Source of the DNA: Cladosporium halotolerans
Lineage: Eukaryota
Assembly: GCF_011745625.1 (NCBI RefSeq)
Contig: NW_027191455.1
Location: forward strand, 1-64,000
Direction: 5' to 3'
Length of the DNA stretch: 64,000 bases
Shown here: positions 50,004 to 62,552 of the stretch, piece after piece
Layout: each line of letters opens with the position of its first letter
Numbering within the stretch: position 1 is the stretch's first letter
Position numbers and translations under genes: made by a program
Notes under the pieces: model-generated
The model's input: only the letters and a program-made list of their open reading frames with translations
The model's database searches: none
What the model was told of the DNA's origin: nothing

Positions 50004-52720
50004 CTAATCAAACCCAACCCAGTCACCCTCGTCGGCCCCCTCATCCATGCTCTCGTCCTGTTCCTCTTCTGCCTTGCCATTAGCCAAAGCCTTTACTCGC
50101 TCCTTCTCATCGACCTTCCTTGGCTGCGCGAGCAGGAAATCAACGGTGTGCGTATTCTGCTCCGCAACCTTCATGATCTCGCCCTGCAGCCGAGCCACAG
50201 CGCGTTGAACTAGCCTTGTCACTTCAGCGTAATCGCCCTGGCGTGCTTTGAGCTCGCGACCGTGTTGGCGGAGCAGCGACTCGATCCAGCGCAGGTTGAG
50301 TTCGAGATGGGGCGAGGCGTCTGCTTCCTGCGCAACGAAGCGGAGAAGGCGCTCGAGGTAGACAAGTGGCACGTCGCGGACAATCAGGTCAATGTCAGAG
50401 GTTGGCACGGAGCGATAGATGCGGGTGAGGAGTTTGGTGTTGGAGAGGCGGAAGGCCATGACGAGGGCTTTGAGGTATTCGCCGCGGGCGAGAGCTTTGA
50501 GGGTTGTGGAGGGCGTGACGTCGACGTCAAGATCGAAGGGGTCGAACTGTACGGACGTGTCCAGGGAGTAGACGAGGAGGCCTTCTGTGCTTGCTGCGCA
50601 GAAGGCGCGGCCAGTGGGCGCGAAAGCTACACCTGGGACGCGGACTTCGGGTGCCGTCTTGCGCTGGGCGGCATCGCCGCGCTTGGAACCGGGAAGAGAT
50701 TTATCAATGCGGTCCTCAAGATCGGAAGCCTCACCTTGCTCGTCAAGGAGGGCTTGCGGGCCGGCTTCCGTAAGAAGCTTTGAGTTGAGGTATTCTTGCG
50801 TACCGTCGAGTGAAAGGTTGACGGAGACGGTAAACTTGCGCAGTAGCACACCGGTTTCGACAGCGTACATGCAGATGTATTTGCTGTTACCGCTGGCAAG
50901 CAGGACTGAACCATCGGCCGCGTATGAAATTGTATTGAAGCTCTTGGTGCCCGCTACGTTGGCAGCAGTGCGACGATCGGTGGCTTTACGGCCTCCTGAT
51001 GCATCTCGGCGGCCGTCCAAGCCGGCTTCTTGGGTGCCTTGGTCGATCGACCAGAAAGTGAGTTGGCCATCCAACGAAGACACTGCGACCTGTTTGCTGT
51101 CAGGTCTCACCGAAACAGCAAGTACGTCTGACTGGAGTTGTAGAGGTTCGGATGTTTGTGTGCGCTGGAAGATTGACCAAATGCGCACGGTGCGGTCCCA
51201 CGAACCCGACACAAGGGCGCTACCGTTAGGGGCAAAAGCCAGGCTTGAGATGGGGCCTTCATGACCGGACAGTTGATCCAGGAGCTGACCCGTCTGAACA
51301 GACCAAATGTGTACGTCGAAATCGTCCAGACTACCAGCAGCAACCACTTCTCCGGAAGGATCCACCGCAACCGAGCTGAAGCTGAGCCTGTTGGGCGCCG
51401 TGAATGTGCGGAAGCAGCGGTATCTGATCAAGTCGAATGCACGGACACTGCCATCCAGAGAAGCAGTGAACAAGACGTTGCCTCTCCGTGCAAATTCGCA
51501 GGCGGTGACGCCAGAAGTGTGCTCAGTGAAAGTCACGATACAGAAACCGCTGGCAGCATCCCAGACCTTGATCTTGCCATCATCTGCACAAGTTATGATC
51601 TTGTCTCCTGAAGGCGAGTAAGTCAAAGCGTTGAGGTTGTCGAAGTGGCCCTGCTGCTTGAGGATGTAGCTCTCGCTCTGCCACTCCCAGACCAGCAGCT
51701 GTCCAAGTGCGGAGGATCCGAAAGCTAGCCACTCGCCAGTGCGGTTGATGGACACGGTATCAATGTTGGATGCGGAAATAGAAAGCTTGTGGATCTCGCT
51801 GAAGCCAGGAAGTTCGTGCAGCATGAACACTCCGTTACTGAAGCCAGTCACAAGCAGATTTGAGGAAGCATGGAAGGCAGCGGTTGTGAGGTGTGCCTGG
51901 TCCTGGAAGAAGTAATTTCGCTCCGCGATGCGCCAGCGCTCGTCGTCTGCCGTGATGTTTTCTGGGTCCGCGTCCGGAGGGGGAAGGTACTGCCACTGGA
52001 ACAGAGCGCCATCCTTCGAAATTGTGTAGATAGTCTCCTGATCGGCAGAGAACCATGCAGCGTAGACCGCTGTTCTGTGACCCGCAAGTATTGTCGGTGT
52101 GAAGCCTTCCTCTGGATCCAAACTCCATATCCGGGCCGTCAAATCTTTGCTCGAGGAGAGGAAGAACCGAGAGTCGCTGCTCCACTCGATGTTTTGTACT
52201 GTGTCGTGGTGTCCAACGTATTCTCTGTATTTCACAAATGGCGCAAATTCCAAGCCACCCTCCTCGCTGTCCCCTTCCGCTGAGCCCGGCGTCGAAGGCG
52301 TTTTCCAGACCTCAATTTTGCGCCCAAGACTGACAGCGAAATGTTTACCACTAGGAGAGAACTCTAGGGTCGACACAGCACCACGGAGCGAGAAATGGTA
52401 CAGAACAACTCTTCTCAAATAGTGGCTCAAGATCGCGTGACCCTGCTCGTCGATGGTCAAAAGCAACTGGCCCTTTGGGTGTAATGCTATGCGTGAAATG
52501 TTCGTCCGGTGTGCGAAGGGGAGAGTGTGTGATTTGTTGTTTACAAGGTCGAAAACCGTGACGCGATTGCCGACAGGCGACAGCAGGCTGTTGCCATCTT
52601 CGGTGAAGACAAGGTTGCCTTTGCGATAGACCGTGCCGAGCAGGTTAGAAAACTATGATCAGGTTAGTCGTGTTCGCCGGGCAAGGAGAGGAAAGGGCTC
52701 ACATGAAAATCGGTCTTCAT
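50004..52720 (-). CDS. PWP2: Periodic tryptophan protein 2 (Utp1), SSU processome
   Basis: MKTDFH|FSNLLGTVYRKGNL (intron 52653-52702), WD40 repeats, LLVWEWQSESYILKQQGH, FDPFDLD. Confidence 0.96.
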
Positions 52721-53393
52721 CTTCGCGAAGCACCAGACAACAACAAACGCCTCTTCGCCCTGCGCCGGTCAAGAAATGGTATGCAAGTGAACGTCTGATC
52801 TCTGGACGGCCGAAAAGTTTCACAAGCTTCACAGCAATCTTCAAAAGCCGGCGCCAAGTTCGCATCGACCAGCTGCACCCCGCACGGGGGCTAGAGGACC
52901 GTCCCCCGAGCCGCAAGGGCGCGCTAAACCGTCTTCGAGGGCTCCCCTTTCCTCCAGGCGCGGCCAGGGTCGTCGTTTCGCTGCCGCCCGCTGCTGTTGC
53001 TGCCACAGCTTGCACTTCACCCGCATCGCGCCTGCTCACCACTCGCCCTCCTCACACGTGCTGCGGCCGACGACACCCAGCACCACATTCGCTTGACGGT
53101 ATGTTCTTCGCACCCATTGACTCGCCCCCGCACACATCACGCGTCACCCGCCGAGCTCGGGCGAAGCATGGAACCATTTCCCCGTACCGAGCAACCATTT
53201 GTCCAGCGCCTCACGCTCCTCCCGTTCTCGCGCTGACTCCGACGACCCAGAGTACATCGATTCAGATTTTCACGACCGCAACTCGGCCTTTCGCAAACCG
53301 CACTCTTCCCATTCCAGTCTCGTCCCACCTAGCCTTCGCGGTCTAGTCGTGCCGATATCAAGTAGCCGGACGAACATCAGCAAAACCAACACC

Positions 53394-54718
53394 ATGGCCG
53401 AAACAATGTCGCCCATTGGCATTGCCAACGTGCGTTCCGCCCGCGACAGGATGAATCTGCGCCCGTCAGATGCTAATGTCATGTAGCTCCCCAACCAGCG
53501 TCACAAAATCGTCGCGAAGCGCGGTGCCGCCTTCACTGTCATGGTTGCTGGCGAATCAGGTCTCGGCAAGACCACCTTCATCAACACTCTTTTCTCTACC
53601 ACGATCAAGAACTACGCCGACCACCGCCGCCGTCACGCGAAGCAGGTCGACAAGACCGTCGAGATTGAGATCACCAAGGCCGAGCTGGAGGAGAAGTTCT
53701 TCAAGGGTAAGAGAAAGGATACACCTATGAGAAAGAGCAAGGCCGCCAGACGAGATTCCGAGGCTAACCTTTTGTCTTGCAGTCCGCCTTACGGTCATTG
53801 ACACCCCCGGTTTCGGTGACTACGTGAACAACCGCGACTCATGGCAGCCCATCATCGAGTTCCTGGACGACCAGCACGAGAGCTACATGCTCCAGGAGCA
53901 GCAGCCGCGCCGTACCGAGAAGATCGATCTCCGTGTTCACGCCTGCTTGTACTTCATCCGCCCCACTGGCCACAGTCTCAAGCCTCTGGACATCGAGGTC
54001 ATGAAGAAGCTGAGCACCCGCGTCAACCTCATTCCTGTGGTCGCAAAGGCCGACACTCTTACGCCGATCGACCTTGCCAAGTTCAAGCAGAGGGTAGGAG
54101 AGTCAGAAATCCATTTGTCGAACAATAGCTGAAGTGCCACAGATTCGCGCCGTTATCGAGGCTCAGAACATCAAGATTTACACCCCACCTCTCGAGGAGG
54201 ATGACGAGGCTGGCCTTCAGCACGCCCGCTCTCTCATCCAGGCCATGCCCTTCTCCGTCATCGGCAGCGAGCGCGACGTCTCTACTCCCGACGGCCGGAC
54301 TGTCAAGGGACGTCAATATGGCTGGGGTGTTGCCGAAGTTGAGAACGAGGACCACTGCGATTTCAAGAAGCTCCGGGCCATCCTCATTCGCACGCACATG
54401 CTCGACCTGATCCACACCACCGAGGAGAACCACTACGAGGTCTACCGCGCCAGCCAGATGGAGACTCGCAAGTTCGGCGAGGCCCGCCCGCGCAAGCTGG
54501 ACAACCCCAAGTTCAAGGAGGAGGAAGAGGCCCTTCGCAAGCGCTTCACCGAGCAGGTCAAGGTCGAGGAGCAGCGCTTCAGGCAGTGGGAGCAGAAGCT
54601 CATCTCCGAGAGGGACCGCCTCAACAAGGACCTCGAGCAGAGCCACTCTATCATCAAGCAGCTCGAGTCCGAGGTTGAGGGCATGCAGGGCAGCATGTCC
54701 AGGACCGGCAGGCGCTAA
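53394..54718 (+). CDS. CDC12: Septin Cdc12/AspC
   Basis: IGIANLPNQRHKIV, GESGLGKTT, DTPGFGD, AKAD, C-terminal coiled coil EEEALRKRFTEQVK. Introns about 53429-53487, 53707-53782 and 54094-54142. Confidence 0.92.
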
Positions 54719-55464
54719 GTGCATTGCCCGGCTTAGATGAAATTGGCGGCGACATTGGACGTACGATCGCATTCGCATGCTCGCTCGCAAGGCGGCCCTG
54801 CATTCGTCGACATGGAAGGGGAAAGAAGCCTTCCGGGCGCGAGGACGACGAAAAATCAAGAAGAAGCGCATGCTCCTTCGAGCTCTGCAAAAGATACCTG
54901 GTCTCATTCGGAAGTTTGCGTCGTGTTTTTTACTTTCCCTTTGTAACTACCCTAACTTACTTCGACATTTCACATTTTGATTGCGAAACGTTTTGCAGCG
55001 AGCGGGTGCGAAGGGAGTGGTCATGGAGATGCTTGGGGTTCCTCTGAAATAGTCAAGTAATGGCGCATAGCCCTTTGTAATATCTCGTTACGAATCGCTT
55101 CAGGTTTGCACATGCGATATGTGCGAGGACTCGTCTGTCAATGAGTGATTCTCCGAGTCATTATACATTATATTGTATATCCGGATAAATCGTGCCTTTT
55201 CGTTGGGTGTCATATTTTAATCAGATTGTGTTCATTCGCTCCTTCATGAAGCGCCACCTTTGGTATCATGCCCTGTAATCCGACGCGCTAACCAATCAGC
55301 GTCCCGCACGAAGCACCTTGAAGACTTTATAACAACATCACTCCATCGCAACAACGAACAAGGATCGCTTGCCGACCTAATAAAACGGGACTGAAAAACG
55401 AGAGAAGAGCTCGAGAGCGCTTCCAGTTCGGATAAAGAAGCTTTAGCTCCAACCAAGTGATGGA

Positions 55465-56418
55465 ATGACTGCACCAACCTTCCCAGACAACCCAACTCGC
55501 ATATCCGCCCACAATGCACCGATCCACGCCCTCGCATTCTCCTCAGGAAGCGGCCAATACCTCCTCACCGGCTCCGCAGACAGGACGGTAAAACTCCACA
55601 ACCCCGCCACCGGCCGCCAAATCCAATCCTACCAAGCGCACGGCTACGAAGTGCTCGACCTCGCCGTCTCCGCCGACAACGCGCGCTTCGCCAGCGTCGG
55701 CGGCGACAAGTCCGTTTTCCTCTGGGACGTCGCGACGGCACAGACGCTGCGGCGCTTTGGCGGGCACGCGGGGCGCGTCAATGCCTGCGCTTTTGGCGGG
55801 GAGGGGGACACGGTTCTCTGCAGTGGGAGTTTTGACGGCACGGTCAAGGTGTGGGATTGCAAGTCGCGCAGCGACAGGCCGATTATGACCCTGAGCGAGG
55901 CGAAGGATGCCGTTTCGAGCGTTGCTGTCAGGGGCGCGGAGGTTTATGCTGGGAGTGTTGATGGGAGGGTGAGGGTTTATGATTTGAGGAGTGGGGAGGT
56001 GGATGTTGACGTGCTGGCGACGAGTGGCGTTACGAGTCTGACGCCGTCGACGGATGGGGAAGGCTATTTGGTTTCTACGCTGGATTCTACGATACGCTTT
56101 ATGGATCGACCGACGGGGAAGTGCTTGCAGACCTTCCAGGACGAGGCTTTCAAGAACGAGACGTACCGCGTGCGATCGACTTTTGCGATGGGCGATTCAC
56201 TTGCTGTCAGCGGAGCCGAAGATGGACGAGTTCTGGCTTGGGATGTTCTATCTGGAAAACTGCAACACACGCTATGGCATCGCAAAAATGGCGCGACTAT
56301 GGCTAGCGATAGCACGAAGAAGGACGTAGTCTCTGCGGTCGCCTGGAATCAGGCGCGTAAGCAATTGGCCAGCGCTGGTGGAGATGGCCAAGTCTGTGTC
56401 TGGAACGTCGAGACCTGA
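55465..56418 (+). CDS. WDR83: WD40 repeat protein, WDR83/MORG1-like
   Basis: Intronless 317 aa; YQAHGYEVLD, SVGGDKSVFLWDV, SGSFDGTVKVWDCKS, GSVDGRVRVYDLR. Confidence 0.85.
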   Translation: MTAPTFPDNPTRISAHNAPIHALAFSSGSGQYLLTGSADRTVKLHNPATGRQIQSYQAHGYEVLDLAVSADNARFASVGGDKSVFLWDVATAQTLRRFGGHAGRVNACAFGGEGDTVLCSGSFDGTVKVWDCKSRSDRPIMTLSEAKDAVSSVAVRGAEVYAGSVDGRVRVYDLRSGEVDVDVLATSGVTSLTPSTDGEGYLVSTLDSTIRFMDRPTGKCLQTFQDEAFKNETYRVRSTFAMGDSLAVSGAEDGRVLAWDVLSGKLQHTLWHRKNGATMASDSTKKDVVSAVAWNQARKQLASAGGDGQVCVWNVET

Positions 56419-56505
56419 GGCCACCGACAGAACACGGACCGCATACGGCATTCGCCATACAGCATGACGGGAATGACAGGCATGACGGGCAACATCACAT
56501 TCAGC

Positions 56506-56842
56506 TGTCCTCACGCCCTGCCACCGGTCAGATGCGTTCTTCCAATCTTGGGCCTTCTTTGAGGACAGAACAGCCATCATGCCTACCTATCGATGGAGAG
56601 ATGTCCTCACCATGTCCTCTTACCTGAGAGCGAAAGTTGGCTATGACTCGTCCTGGATACGCTGTATGGCTCGACAAGGCCGCTGTCCAACTCTGGCCTT
56701 TACTCTTAGGCCTCAAATGAGGACAGAGTTCTCAGTGAGGACATTTGAGGACATGTGAGGACATTCGAAACACTGGTACACCCAATGAGCGGTCTTGTCG
56801 AGAATGTCCTCACGATGTCCTCAAATGTCCCCAATGTCCTCA
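56506..56842. repeat. Cluster of TGAGGACA/TGTCCTCA octamers with a ~31-bp inverted repeat
   Basis: Perfect copies at 56506, 56560, 56602, 56718, 56736, 56746, 56756, 56805, 56816 and 56835; one-mismatch copies at 56613 and 56826. Confidence 0.9.
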
Positions 56843-57047
56843 CGCGCAAAGTCTACAATTCTTGCAGCCACGCCCAATATACTTAATTGAGGCGTTTCCA
56901 TCTCTCTCGACTACGTTTCTCAGCCGCAGCTCTTACCTGTCCGATCAAAGCCTCTCAGAATACGCTTAGACTACCAAGTCCACCAATCCAAGATCCACAC
57001 ACCACTTACACCACCTCCAAATCAATCAACCCCCCAACACAGCCAAC

Positions 57048-58001
57048 ATGTGTTCCAACTCTGCCAACAACCGCCGCCACCACCTCAGCTACTACGTCGT
57101 CAACATCAACGGCGTCAATGTTGATCGTCGTAGGGTCACCGACCCGGCCGTCAAGTACCGCGACATGCCGAAGCAACTCGCTGTCGCCGGTAGAGCCAAG
57201 CGTGCCACTCTGCCAGTTCCGGAACGCAGGCCAATTGCCATCATCCCGGCCAGGACTGGGCCTTCTGCTGAGGCCCGCGCCAACAGGACCTTCGACCCTG
57301 TCCCGACTTTCGATCCAAGGGCTACCTTGAAGGCCAACCTTGCCAACCAATCCAGGCTGAACATTGATGCCAAAAGGGCTGATCGTCTTCTCCGTCGCCA
57401 ACACCAGAAGCAAATCCGCAAACTGCGCAGCTTTCGCCAGGCCAAGCAGGCTGAACAGGTCACCGTCAAGCTTCCTGTCCTGGCCCGCTCTGACTCTCAA
57501 GGCCTCGCTGCCGCCTACCTGCTTCGTCCGCAAGACGCTCCTAAAAAGGTCTTCAGCTTTCAGGGCCTTCAATCTCACTGCTCCTGGTTCGGCCGCAACC
57601 CTCGCGCTCATGAGCTGGTCAAGCAGAACGCCTACAAGAACAGTGTCTTCGCAACCACCATCGACCTTCGCGACGACCCGCAGCGCTCTCCCAACGGCAA
57701 TACAATCCGCCGCGGAGCCATCTACGACTCCGCCGAGGCTGCTGACAACGCCCGCTTCGTCTCGGTTCAAATCTACGTCGAGATCTTCAGCAACAGACTC
57801 CGCGCGCAGGAGAGACTCCGCTGGATCTTGGAAGCCTGCCCCAACCTGCAGCGCCTCGACGTCGAGATCATCGGATCCGACAGCCTTTCACTGGCCAGGC
57901 AGACCGTTGAGGCCATCAAGCAGCACTGCGCTGAGATGTACGCCGAGCAAACTTGCGACAAGATCACCTTCACTGCCAGCCGTTACGACGAGGCTGAGTG
58001 A
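57048..58001 (+). CDS. Intronless basic protein of unknown function (317 aa)
   Basis: Long ORF with C-ending codon bias, C/A-rich leader, TATA-like ATATACTTAA at about 56877 and T-rich 3' region. No family recognised. Confidence 0.7.
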   Translation: MCSNSANNRRHHLSYYVVNINGVNVDRRRVTDPAVKYRDMPKQLAVAGRAKRATLPVPERRPIAIIPARTGPSAEARANRTFDPVPTFDPRATLKANLANQSRLNIDAKRADRLLRRQHQKQIRKLRSFRQAKQAEQVTVKLPVLARSDSQGLAAAYLLRPQDAPKKVFSFQGLQSHCSWFGRNPRAHELVKQNAYKNSVFATTIDLRDDPQRSPNGNTIRRGAIYDSAEAADNARFVSVQIYVEIFSNRLRAQERLRWILEACPNLQRLDVEIIGSDSLSLARQTVEAIKQHCAEMYAEQTCDKITFTASRYDEAE

Positions 58002-59006
58002 AGCAGACAATTTTGAGAATTTTTCTGCGTTCTGCTTTGGTGTTTGCTTTGTTCAATCGTTTTTCGCAAACACTGTTTTCTGCATACTTGTTGGGATTTT
58101 GGATGTTCTGCTATGCTTTTGGTCAATTTGAGAATTGATTGGGTTCTGCGATCTGATTTTCTACGCTTTTGTCTTCATGGAGTTTGCCTGCTTTCGCTCT
58201 TTCGCGTGCTTACGATGGATTCGCGAATCCATCCTCGCTGAGTCTGTTCTGCTCTTGCTTTTTGGTTTTGGTTTGGCAGTTCATATAAAAGAACAAAAAA
58301 AGTTCAAACCAACGCAAAGTCATTTTCTCAATCATTGTGTGTGTTAATGTCTTAGATGATCTTATGCCTAATGGTTCGTGAAAAATCAACGTCCTGAAGC
58401 ATGCCCTACCAATGCAATCGGCAGCAACGGCAGCCCGAGACGCAGCTCTCACGCCCGCGGTAGCATCATTTACCAAGATCTGTGACGGCATCTCATTTCC
58501 TTGCCGCGGATCAACTCTTATTTCCCTCGCAAACCTCAGGCGGACGTTTCAGGCGGCCTGAAACGCGGGGAGTTTGCGCGGGACCCTTTCGCGCAGGCCG
58601 ACGGCTGCCCTGAACCCTGCTCCGCTGCGTTCGCATCCCTGTCACACATTTGCGTGCCAAACAGGGGCGCGCGGCCAATAGCGCCGGCCTGCTCGTGCCT
58701 GAAGCTGACATCCACCACCACCACGCGGCTAGCACGGCGGCGACAGCGGCCCTGATCGTCTGCCTCCTAACTTTGTTCCCGCGCCCGTACCTGGACGCGT
58801 CCTCCTTCTCCTGCCAACGCCCGCCTGCCATCCTCCATTCACTTACCAACCCCGCCATTCCCTCCTTCCGTTTGCCAGCCTCGCGCCCTCACGCCCGCAG
58901 CCCAGCTGCCCGCCCTCCGTTTACGAAGCAACACCTGACCCCGCACCGGCTTGGTTTCAAACCACACTCACACCTGGAGAACCATTCGGAAAAATAGCCC
59001 GCAACC

Positions 59007-60902
59007 ATGGGCCTGCTGAAGCACCTCCGCTCACGCTCGCGCCTGCGCGAGGCCGCCTCACCACAGTCTGCCCGCCAAATCCCCCACATGCCCGCGCGCG
59101 GCGGCCGCGATTTCTCCCAGCGCCTGAACGAAGACATCCTGGAGCGCATTTTCAAATTCGTCTGCCCGCATGTTGAAGACCAGACCTACGAGACCAGCGA
59201 GCGCTCCGAGATTGGCGATGGCTGCATGCTGTGCGACCTGCGGGATCTGGCCAAGAACGCGCAGGTGTGCAGGAGATGGTACAGAGTCGCGCAGCAGTTA
59301 CTGTAAGCACCCGTTTGGAGCCATTGGGCTGTGCAAGGCTAACGCGGCGACAGATACACAAGTGTACGGATTGACGCGGTTCACTACTGCTGGCTGGAAG
59401 AGGAATTGGCGGAGAAGCGCAAGAAGGGCAGGCACTTCCGGAGCAAGTCGAACGTGCCAACCGCGGGCGAGATTCCGATAATCAGACTGTCGTTGTTTTG
59501 CCGGACGGTGCGTGAGAATTCGGCGCTGGCGTCGCAGGTCTTGTTCCTGAAGGTGCCATACATGACCCGCGAGACGGCCAAGGGCGACCTCGCGCGCACA
59601 GTCTCTGCGCTCCCAAACCTGCGCCATGTGGATCTGCCGGATGGCTTCTTCACTGGCGACCCTAGCTGTATTCCTCTGCGCCAGGAGTTGCAGTCAAGAT
59701 GTCCGGATATTAGAAAGATGATGTACAGATCAGGCTCGGAGGATGCTCTGGAGCTTTTGGTACACAGGCACTGGCAACAGCTGGAGTTCTTGGAGTTGTC
59801 GAACCTGGCCATCGAACCGGCGACGATGCGGATCGTTCTGGGAAGCTTGCCAGCGCTTCAGGAGTTGACACTTGCTGGTCTTGAGTGGATGGACGATACC
59901 ATCTTCCACAGCGCGCCAGGTGGTACTCTGCCAGAATTTCCTGCAATGCAATCTTTGACCTTGGACAGCTGCCCTAACGTGACTGCTGCTGGTCTTGCTA
60001 CCTATCTGGAGTCACCGTACGTCAGACAGACGCTTTTCTCGCTTACTCTCCAACACACTGGAGTCCTCGTACAGGACTTGCACACCTTCTTATTCGAGGC
60101 AAGTGCCTTGCACCACCTTGCTATCATTGCAACTGTGTCCAAGTCGATTACTCTGCAAGCTCAAGAACTTCCGCCCATGACCTCCATCAGCATCAAAACT
60201 CTGAATTTCGAGATCGATTCCTCCGAAGAAGTGCATGGTCTGCAGAAGCCCGCAGAGTCATACTACGCCTACCTTGCCTCCTCTCTCCACGCGAACGCTC
60301 TTCCCGCCCTCACTACAGTATACGTCCGCGACCAGGCTTTCCCTGATCTCCTCCTGCTTCCTCCTATGCCTACGATGCCAGCCAGCTCAGGCAGCCCCAA
60401 CAGGGCCTCAAATATGTCTGGTCACACCTCCGTGCGCGGTGTCTTCGGTCCCGCTATGACAAACAACAGCACATTCAACCAGACCCTCGAAGTCTTCTCC
60501 AAGGGTATTGACGAGCTCGAATGGGTCATGACCTCCATCACCCCGCCAGCACAGACTCGCGACCGTCGCGGCAGCGCCATCGGCGGCCGTCCGCTTTCCG
60601 CCATCAGCGCATCGCGCGGTCTCGGCCCTCAGTGGGCGCAGGGCGGCTTTGGCGGCGAGGCCCGCAAGAGTGTCATGGTCGGCAACGGTTTCGGTGGCTT
60701 CCTCGCCGTGCCGCAGGAAGAGGTCCCTAGGCCGCGCACCAGCGACGGCGGAAGCCGATGGGGCAGTGTTGGCAGTGAAGATCACGCCAGCAATGGAAGC
60801 CGTGCTAGCTGGCTGAAGCCGCCGCCGAGTATTGGCAGCTTGACTGGCGACAGCAAGAAGAGCCACGTGCGCAAGAGCAGCAGACACGATCTCTGGAGAT
60901 GA
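59007..60902 (+). CDS. F-box / leucine-rich-repeat (RNI-like) protein
   Basis: LNEDILERIFKFV..DLAKNAQVCRRWYRVAQQLLY; LPNLRHVDL, LPALQELTL repeats. Intron 59303-59353. Confidence 0.82.
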
Positions 60903-61353
60903 GTGGAGGTTCTGCATATGCTTAACGTGTGCTTTCGGAGGCAAGGGATAATGTTTCTAGGCAAGCTCAGGTTTGCGTTCACACACTGCGACAGCCCCTT
61001 TTTCCTTTGTTGAACAGCCGCTTTGGCAATTTCAAAGCATGACTAGTTGACCGACGGTTGCGATGGTGAGAATGAAACATGATGGAAACGGCTTATAACA
61101 AAATGATACCCTCGTTCGAAGTCGGAACCATGGGACGGAAACGAGTGGTGTTGACTTGGTGGGATCGGAAGGAGTGGTTGACTTTGGCGCTTGAGCTTTT
61201 GGATATGGCCGTATGGTATGGAACCTTCGAATTGGCGATTTTGGCGAATATTTTCCTTCTTGGTGACTAATGCAATGTTTGGCGATGTACTACCATATGC
61301 AGGACAGAATTCACTTCGCGGCAATTAAAACGGGCTTGGAAGTTCTGACTGCC

Positions 61354-61805
61354 TCATAGCCTGTCCGAAGATCCTGTAAATCCCATGGCTTTCCTCCACC
61401 AAGCGTAGACCCCGCGCTGCTGCATTTGATGCCCGAAGTCCTTGACTGTGTCGCTTTCGAAGAGACCGGTTTGCTTCATGTGCTCCTTGTCTGGAGGACT
61501 CTCGCGATGCACGGCGGCCGTTCGGGAGACCAGCTGATAATCTTTGTAACGAAGATTCTGGCGCAATTTGTCAATACACATAACACTGAAAAGATTTTAT
61601 GCGAATTTTTTGATCTTACCTGGACATTATTCACCCATTGAGTGACGCCGTCCTCTTTGCCTTCGACGTACATGACGCCTGGGGCGCCACCGTAACGGAT
61701 CAGAACGTAGACATCGTGAAGAGAGGCGGCTTGCTTGAGCTTGGCTACTTTCTTCCGGGAGGTAATGTGATGTGTTCGAATGAGTGCATTATACAGACAT
61801 TGCAT
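61354..61805 (-). CDS. Small hypothetical protein (DUF1115/RWDD2 C-terminal-like, tentative)
   Basis: ALIRTHHITSRKK..GGAPGVMYVEG..QWVNNVQ|NLRYKDYQL..WWRKAMGF. Intron 61558-61619. Confidence 0.72.
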
Positions 61806-62552
61806 GGCATTGCTCTTGGTCTGATTCTAGGCGCATTTACCCGGTCGTCGTCTTAAGCTCGCAACACTGATGAACTTGTAGCCTAAGGCTTCCTAGATTG
61901 GCTCATGGCACGCTCCGCCCCGCTCGCTTTAATCCCCACTTCAGCGATTCGGTGAGACTCTTCCAAATCTCCACAAGTAAGTGGCCGCCAGCCGTTTCGG
62001 ACCCATCTTTACTTCTCCGTTGTGAAATGGACAAAGACTTTTTCCGATGCCAGTGATCAGCCGCGGTAGCTCCAGCATTCATGGCTGGGGCCGGCGCGGC
62101 GTCATCGTCCAAGGTGGATTCAGACCTGACTAGCACACAAGTGCACAGAGTAACGGAGGCGGAACCGGCTCCAGAATCACGCCAAAGTCGATGCTGTCAC
62201 GCCATCGATGGGAAGCGGGTTTAATACGTCGATCCGTCGTAACTCCATCATCCACCCAATGGTGGCCTCCGAACAAGCCCTGCCACAAGACTTGTCGCCG
62301 GCTATGACAAACAGCGACAAGCACTATGGAGCCAAACCTAGCTAACTCTTGCACGGCTTGTCTGCTTGCTGCAAGTACCGTTCGTGTCTGGCCTACTGCG
62401 GTCCCTTTCCTGAATAATGAACCGCAGAATATGCGGCCTTTCGCACGTGGCTGAAATACTTTCTGTTCTCCCTTCGCGCCGATCTCTCTCGTTTCACTAA
62501 GTGTCCCTTCTTCAATCTTCTCCTGTCCTTTCAGTTTCCATTTTGCCAAAAG

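Noticed and set aside
56718..56842. CRISPR-like array
   Set aside because: The repeats are 8-10 bp with no unique spacers, the context is eukaryotic, and there are no cas genes.
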